DNA of 51,722 bases, filler included, from Nitrospinota bacterium (GTDB lineage Bacteria; JADFOP01): the NCBI GenBank assembly GCA_022562795.1. It is 3 parts of 3 records of this genome, joined end to end, with 100 filler letters (N's around TTAATTAATTAA, not from the genome) between each part and the next. Parts side by side here need not be neighbours in the genome. Positions count along the whole stretch, not along the records: positions 34,682 to 51,722 come from JADFOP010000045.1; 2 more parts are not named here. One strand, given 5' to 3'. Shown one piece after another: positions 47,822 through 51,722 of this stretch; the stretch's first letter is position 1, and the number at the start of each line of letters is the position of its first letter. Position numbers and translations under genes: made by a program. The notes beneath the pieces were generated by a model that saw only the letters and a program-made list of their open reading frames with translations, ran no database searches and had not been told where the DNA came from.

Positions 47822-47946
47822 AGCTCAGCCGGGGGTGTCCGTCCGCTCGCTGGGTTCTATCCGGGCTCGATCGGGCTTTCCTACTAAACTTGATATTTGG
47901 TAATCATATTCCAAATTGGGCCGCGATACGAGGCCCGGCCACTATT

Positions 47947-47991
47947 TTTTCCGCGATTTTCCGCGATTTTCCGCGTAACGGTTTTTTCCGC
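47947..47991. repeat. 10-bp direct repeats TTTTCCGCG(A/T) x3 plus a fourth partial copy
   Basis: Copies at 47947, 47957 and 47967, and TTTTCCGC at 47984, in a divergent intergenic region. Confidence 0.8.
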
Positions 47992-48156
47992 TTTTTCGGA
48001 TAACATAAAGTATTATAGTAGATGGGTCTCCCCGACGTACCTTGCCGCGGCCTTCCCGTTGGAATAAATGGAGCCCTGCCGCCGTTTGGTGGGAAGAGGG
48101 CCTCACAATGAGAGCCCCGGGCGTATCGAAGTCCGCGCAACCTAAGGAGGTGCCGC

Positions 48157-48672
48157 ATGGGCTTATCCTCGCGACTTAATCCTCCCGCCTTCGGGTTGTT
48201 CGCTCTAGCCCTATTCCGCAGCGTCATCGGTCTCATGTGGATCGACATGGCCCTCCAGAAGGCGCCGTGGAAGGGCGAGGAGTTCGGCTGGCTCTACGGC
48301 TGGATTTGGAAGGAGATCAACCACCCGACCTTCGGATGGTACAAGGCGTTTCTGGAAAAGGTGGTCCTGCCGAACTTCACCTTCTTTGGCTACATGACCT
48401 TCTTTACCGAGATTTTTATCGGGCTGAGCTTGCTGACCGGAACCGTTGTGGTTCTCGGCGGCCTGGCCGGCTTCGGGATGCAGGTCAACATCGCCCTGGG
48501 GAGCTTCTCGGTCCCCGGTGAGTGGTATTGGATTTGGCCCTTGCAGATTCTTCCCCACCTGGTCTTTCTGGCGACCAGGGCCGGTCGGTACTGGGGCCTG
48601 GATGGGTGGCTGAGGCCCCGCCTGGCGGACCGTAGGGGGGCCGTCGGGTTGGCGGCCCGCTTGTTCATGTAA
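48157..48672 (+). CDS. DoxX / TQO small-subunit (DoxD-like) membrane protein
   Basis: RBS AAGGAGG; LFRSVIGLMW...QK.PW, TEIFIGLSLLTG, GEWYW, AGRYWGLDGWL. Confidence 0.8.
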   Translation: MGLSSRLNPPAFGLFALALFRSVIGLMWIDMALQKAPWKGEEFGWLYGWIWKEINHPTFGWYKAFLEKVVLPNFTFFGYMTFFTEIFIGLSLLTGTVVVLGGLAGFGMQVNIALGSFSVPGEWYWIWPLQILPHLVFLATRAGRYWGLDGWLRPRLADRRGAVGLAARLFM

Positions 48673-48685
48673 TGAGGAGCCTGGT

Positions 48686-50275
48686 TTGAACTGCCGCACC
48701 CGGAGCCTGGCTTGGGCGCCTCTGATCATATTCGCCATTGGGCTCGTCGCGTGTGGGTCGAGCCTCGCCGAGGCGGCCGGTCCGGCTCAGACCCCATGGC
48801 CCATGTACCGCCACGACCCCGGCCACACGGGCTTCAACGGCGCCAAGGGCCCCAAAACGAATCACTTGAAATGGATCTTTGACTCGGGCGAGGCCGAGAA
48901 GTTAGGCGGCTTCGAGAACGACGTCACCATAGGGCCCGATGGCACACTCTACATCGGCTCCAACAACGGGATCTTATACGGACTAGACCCCGCATCCGGA
49001 GCCATCCGGTGGGTCCATCTAAGCGCCTTCGACACCTTTGCAATCTACTCCACTGCCGCCGTAGACAGCCAGGGGCTCATCTATTACGGAGCCAAGGACG
49101 GCTACCTCTACGCGCTTCGCCCGCCTAAGAAGGGCATCGCCATGGAGGTGGCCTGGCGGTTCAAGCTCGGCACGACCATCGAGACCTCACCCGTAATCGG
49201 CCCGGACGGCACCATCTATATCGGCGCCGATGATTGGAAGCTCTACGCCATCGCTCCACCCGAGGCAGGGTCGTCTACAGGCAGGCTCAAGTGGACCTTC
49301 CAGACCGGTGGCACCTTGATTTCAAGCCCCGCCCAAGACGCCGACGGCACCGTCTACATCGGCTCAATGGACGGGAACCTATACGCGCTGGCCGACCTGG
49401 GCGTCGGCCGGACCCCGCAGATCAAGTGGACATTTTCGACTGGCAAGCGTGATGCGACGGGCGGGATCGAAACATCCCCCGTCCTCTCTGGAGATGCCGT
49501 CTTTATCGGTGGCAACGACGGCGTTCTATACGCGCTCGAGCGGGCCACGGGGAAGGTCCTATGGCGCCTAAAGACCTGGTTCGACACCTACGGTATCTTC
49601 TCCAATCCAGCCGTGGGGCCAGACCGGACGCTCTATTTCGGCCCCAAGGACGGCCGCCTCCTGGCCGTCACCCCCGCGGGCAAGATAGCCTGGGAGTACC
49701 GGATCGGCACCACGATTGAGACCTCCCCCGCCGTGGGCTCGGACGGCGTAGTCTACCTCGGAGCCGACGACGGTAAGCTCTACGCCGTGAGGCCCCCTGC
49801 CGGCTTCTTTCTAGGCAAACCCGAGCTCCTGTGGAGCTTTTCCACCAAGGGGACCCTCATCGGCTCGCCCGTCCTCGACCGGGACGGCACGCTCTATCAG
49901 CCCTCGATGGACGGCAAGCTTTACGCCTTCCACGACAGCGCCAAGGCGGCCAAGCCCCCAGGGGGCTTTACGGGCACCTGGTACGGCCGCTTCGCCGATA
50001 GCGAAAAGGGGGAGAGGCCCCTTACTGTTGTGGCGGTGGAGCGGGCCGGCGTCGTGGAGGCTGCCTGGCGCCTGGGCTCGGGGGCCACAGGGAGCGCCTC
50101 TGGGAGAGTAGAGGCCGGGCGGCTCAGCCTGAAGGGCAAGGTGGCCGGGCGGGGCTGCCCCGGGGTCGTTCGCTTTACGGGCGAGGTCGAGGGCGAGAAG
50201 GTTGTAGGAAGCTATTCTATCGAGGGCTGTATGGGAATGTCGTCCAAACAAGGGACATTCGAGCTTCGCAGGTGA
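48686..50275 (+). CDS. Secreted PQQ-like (BamB-type) beta-propeller repeat protein
   Basis: Signal peptide (possible LVAC lipobox), WPMYRHDPGHTG, and repeated SPVIGPDGTIYIG.DD.KLYA...KW.F blades. TTG start with GAGGAG. Confidence 0.85.
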   Translation: MNCRTRSLAWAPLIIFAIGLVACGSSLAEAAGPAQTPWPMYRHDPGHTGFNGAKGPKTNHLKWIFDSGEAEKLGGFENDVTIGPDGTLYIGSNNGILYGLDPASGAIRWVHLSAFDTFAIYSTAAVDSQGLIYYGAKDGYLYALRPPKKGIAMEVAWRFKLGTTIETSPVIGPDGTIYIGADDWKLYAIAPPEAGSSTGRLKWTFQTGGTLISSPAQDADGTVYIGSMDGNLYALADLGVGRTPQIKWTFSTGKRDATGGIETSPVLSGDAVFIGGNDGVLYALERATGKVLWRLKTWFDTYGIFSNPAVGPDRTLYFGPKDGRLLAVTPAGKIAWEYRIGTTIETSPAVGSDGVVYLGADDGKLYAVRPPAGFFLGKPELLWSFSTKGTLIGSPVLDRDGTLYQPSMDGKLYAFHDSAKAAKPPGGFTGTWYGRFADSEKGERPLTVVAVERAGVVEAAWRLGSGATGSASGRVEAGRLSLKGKVAGRGCPGVVRFTGEVEGEKVVGSYSIEGCMGMSSKQGTFELRR

Positions 50276-50338
50276 GCATCCGACCCAGCCGGGATTGGTC
50301 TAGTCTCCATCCTCATATGAAAGTCCTTCCGAGGCCCC

Positions 50339-50593
50339 TCACCGGCGGCGGAGCCTGGCGGCGAGGCTCTTGAGCAACATCCACTCGCCGACTTCGTTTC
50401 CCTGGGCGCGGTGGCCCATCCACTGAAGCGCGTAGCCTAAAGCCAGCCAGCCGAGCCCGCTCAAGAGCGCGCCCCCCAACAGCCGGACTAGACCGTACAG
50501 AGCGGCTGGGACGCCTACCAGGTGTAGGAGAGTGTTGACAGGGTGGGAGTGGCGTTCGATGTAGTCGCGGACGAACCAGCGGAGGCGGTCCAA
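50339..50593 (-). CDS. Small Mpo1/DUF962-like membrane protein
   Basis: YIERHSHPVNTLLHLVGVP...GYALQWMGH..QGN. Confidence 0.75.
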   Translation of the reverse strand: MDRLRWFVRDYIERHSHPVNTLLHLVGVPAALYGLVRLLGGALLSGLGWLALGYALQWMGHRAQGNEVGEWMLLKSLAARLRRR

Positions 50594-50605
50594 GGCAAGG
50601 AGCCT

Positions 50606-50933
50606 CTAATGAAGGACTGTGATGGTCCCGGCCGCCTCCTCGTGCGTCACGCGCCCTATGACCTCGGTGGAAAAAGACCCATCTGCGTCGGCAAGCCTCT
50701 TGAGCAGCCCATCGGCCCTCTCTTCGGGAACCCCGATCAGGAGACCCCCTGAGGTCTGAGCGTCGGCCAGCACGAGCTTGGCCGTCTCGTCCATCCCCTC
50801 GGGCCAGACCGTATGAGGCTCTACGTGGGAGAGGTTGCGCTCCGTCCCGCCGGGGACTATGCCTGCCTCGGCGAGCGGCCAGGTTCCCTCGATGACGGGC
50901 ACGGCTGAGGCCCTAACCTCTACGGCCACGCCG
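50606..50933 (-). pseudogene. selD: Selenophosphate synthetase, C-terminal fragment
   Basis: GVAVEVRASAVPVI...GIVPGGTERN...LADAQTSGGLLI...IGRV carries the SelD D(P/A)QTSGGLL signature. The N-terminal two-thirds is replaced by kinase sequence, possibly an assembly artefact. Confidence 0.85.
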
Positions 50934-51722
50934 CCGGCCAGGGTGCCGATAGCCTCCATTTTCTGCGCGTGATGTAATTGTACCTCCAGGTGCCTGCGCT
51001 CGGTTATGTCTTGCGTCGTGCCGGTCATTCGCAGGGGTTTCCCGGACTCGTCGCGGAAGACTTCCCCCGTTGCGAGCAACGCACGATGGGTACCGTCCGG
51101 CCTCACGATCCTGCACTCGATTTCAAACGTTCCGCCCTCTCTCACGGCGTCACTCATAGCAAGCAATACCCGCTTTCTATCTTCGGGATGCAAAATGTCC
51201 GCAAACGCTTTTTCGCTGGGCTCAAATGATTGAGGCTCCCGCCCAAGGATCCGAAAAATCTCATCGGACCAAAATTGTTTATTTTCGACAATATCCCATT
51301 CCGTGCTACCGAAATGAGCAACCTGTTCGGCGGTCTTCATGATTCGCTCACTATTTTTCAGGGCGTCCTCCATCCGCTTGCGCTCGCTGATGTCCACCCC
51401 GGTGGCCAGGATGGCCGGCTGGCCCTCCCACTCCACCACGCTGACGAGGGTTTCCAGCCAGATTTGCGAGCCGTCTTTTCGCATGGCCCGTCCCTCATAG
51501 TGAGCCGGCGCGGGGTCCCCTTTCATGCGGGCTTTGCGATACGCGGTCAGCCGCTTCCTGTCCTCGGGCGCCAAGAGAGGAGCCAAGGTCCCCAGGCGGT
51601 AAATTTCCTCCGGCGATTCGTACCCGAGCATTTCGGCAAAGGCCCGGTTGATGAACAACGGTTTTTGATCGCGCTGAATGAGAATCCCCTGGATGGAGCC
51701 TTCCGCCAGGTTGCGAAAATTG
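50924..51722 (-). CDS. Multi-PAS histidine kinase fragment (5' outside the window, cut just before the H-box)
   Basis: Two PAS/PAC domains (FINRAFAEMLGY...RKDGSQIW; WSDEIFRILG...LHPEDR...RIVRPDG), then QKMEAIGTLAGGVA with no following H-x-F-N-N. Confidence 0.8.

Noticed and set aside
50606-51658. PAS-regulated selenophosphate synthetase
   Set aside because: The SelD catalytic N-terminal region is absent and the join coincides with a sequence compatible with both genes.
1-51722. tRNA, rRNA, CRISPR array, integrase or phage genes
   Set aside because: None were recognised by eye; tRNAscan or Infernal would be needed to exclude small RNAs.

Overview
This is a GC-rich bacterial draft or metagenomic sequence made of three contigs joined by two artificial 100-nt linkers (N44-TTAATTAATTAA-N44 at 17424-17523 and 34582-34681), so gene adjacency across the linkers is not biological. 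Contig 1 (1-17423) is a signalling region: a transposase remnant, several PAS/GAF histidine kinases and response regulators, and a collapsed flagellar locus. In that locus the regulators (FleQ/FlrA-like, FleS/FleR-like, FliA) are intact, while the structural genes survive only as a flgB fragment and a fliF::flhF fusion remnant. Contig 2 (17524-34581) starts with a truncated methylmalonyl-CoA mutase pair and continues with a MerR-controlled metal operon (thioredoxin-like protein, outer-membrane beta-barrel, HMA protein, permease), followed by housekeeping genes (tyrS, two CNNM/HlyC genes, thiL, a nicotinate phosphoribosyltransferase, lon, frameshifted galU, partial anmK). Contig 3 (34682-51722) holds a CsoR-controlled copper island, a two-radical-SAM/four-glycosyltransferase cluster, a DoxX plus beta-propeller pair, and a selD 3' fragment fused to a PAS-kinase fragment. 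The standout signal is an exported HMA protein (20334-19825, minus) whose 5' half the ORF track misses. Both Cys codons of its GMxCxxC metal-binding motif are in-frame TGA (GMV-U-PT-U), each followed by a candidate SECIS hairpin, which points to a probable UxxU di-selenocysteine metal-binding protein. Several mid-gene junctions near contig ends look like assembly chimeras. All family assignments come from motif recognition by eye; no searches were run.
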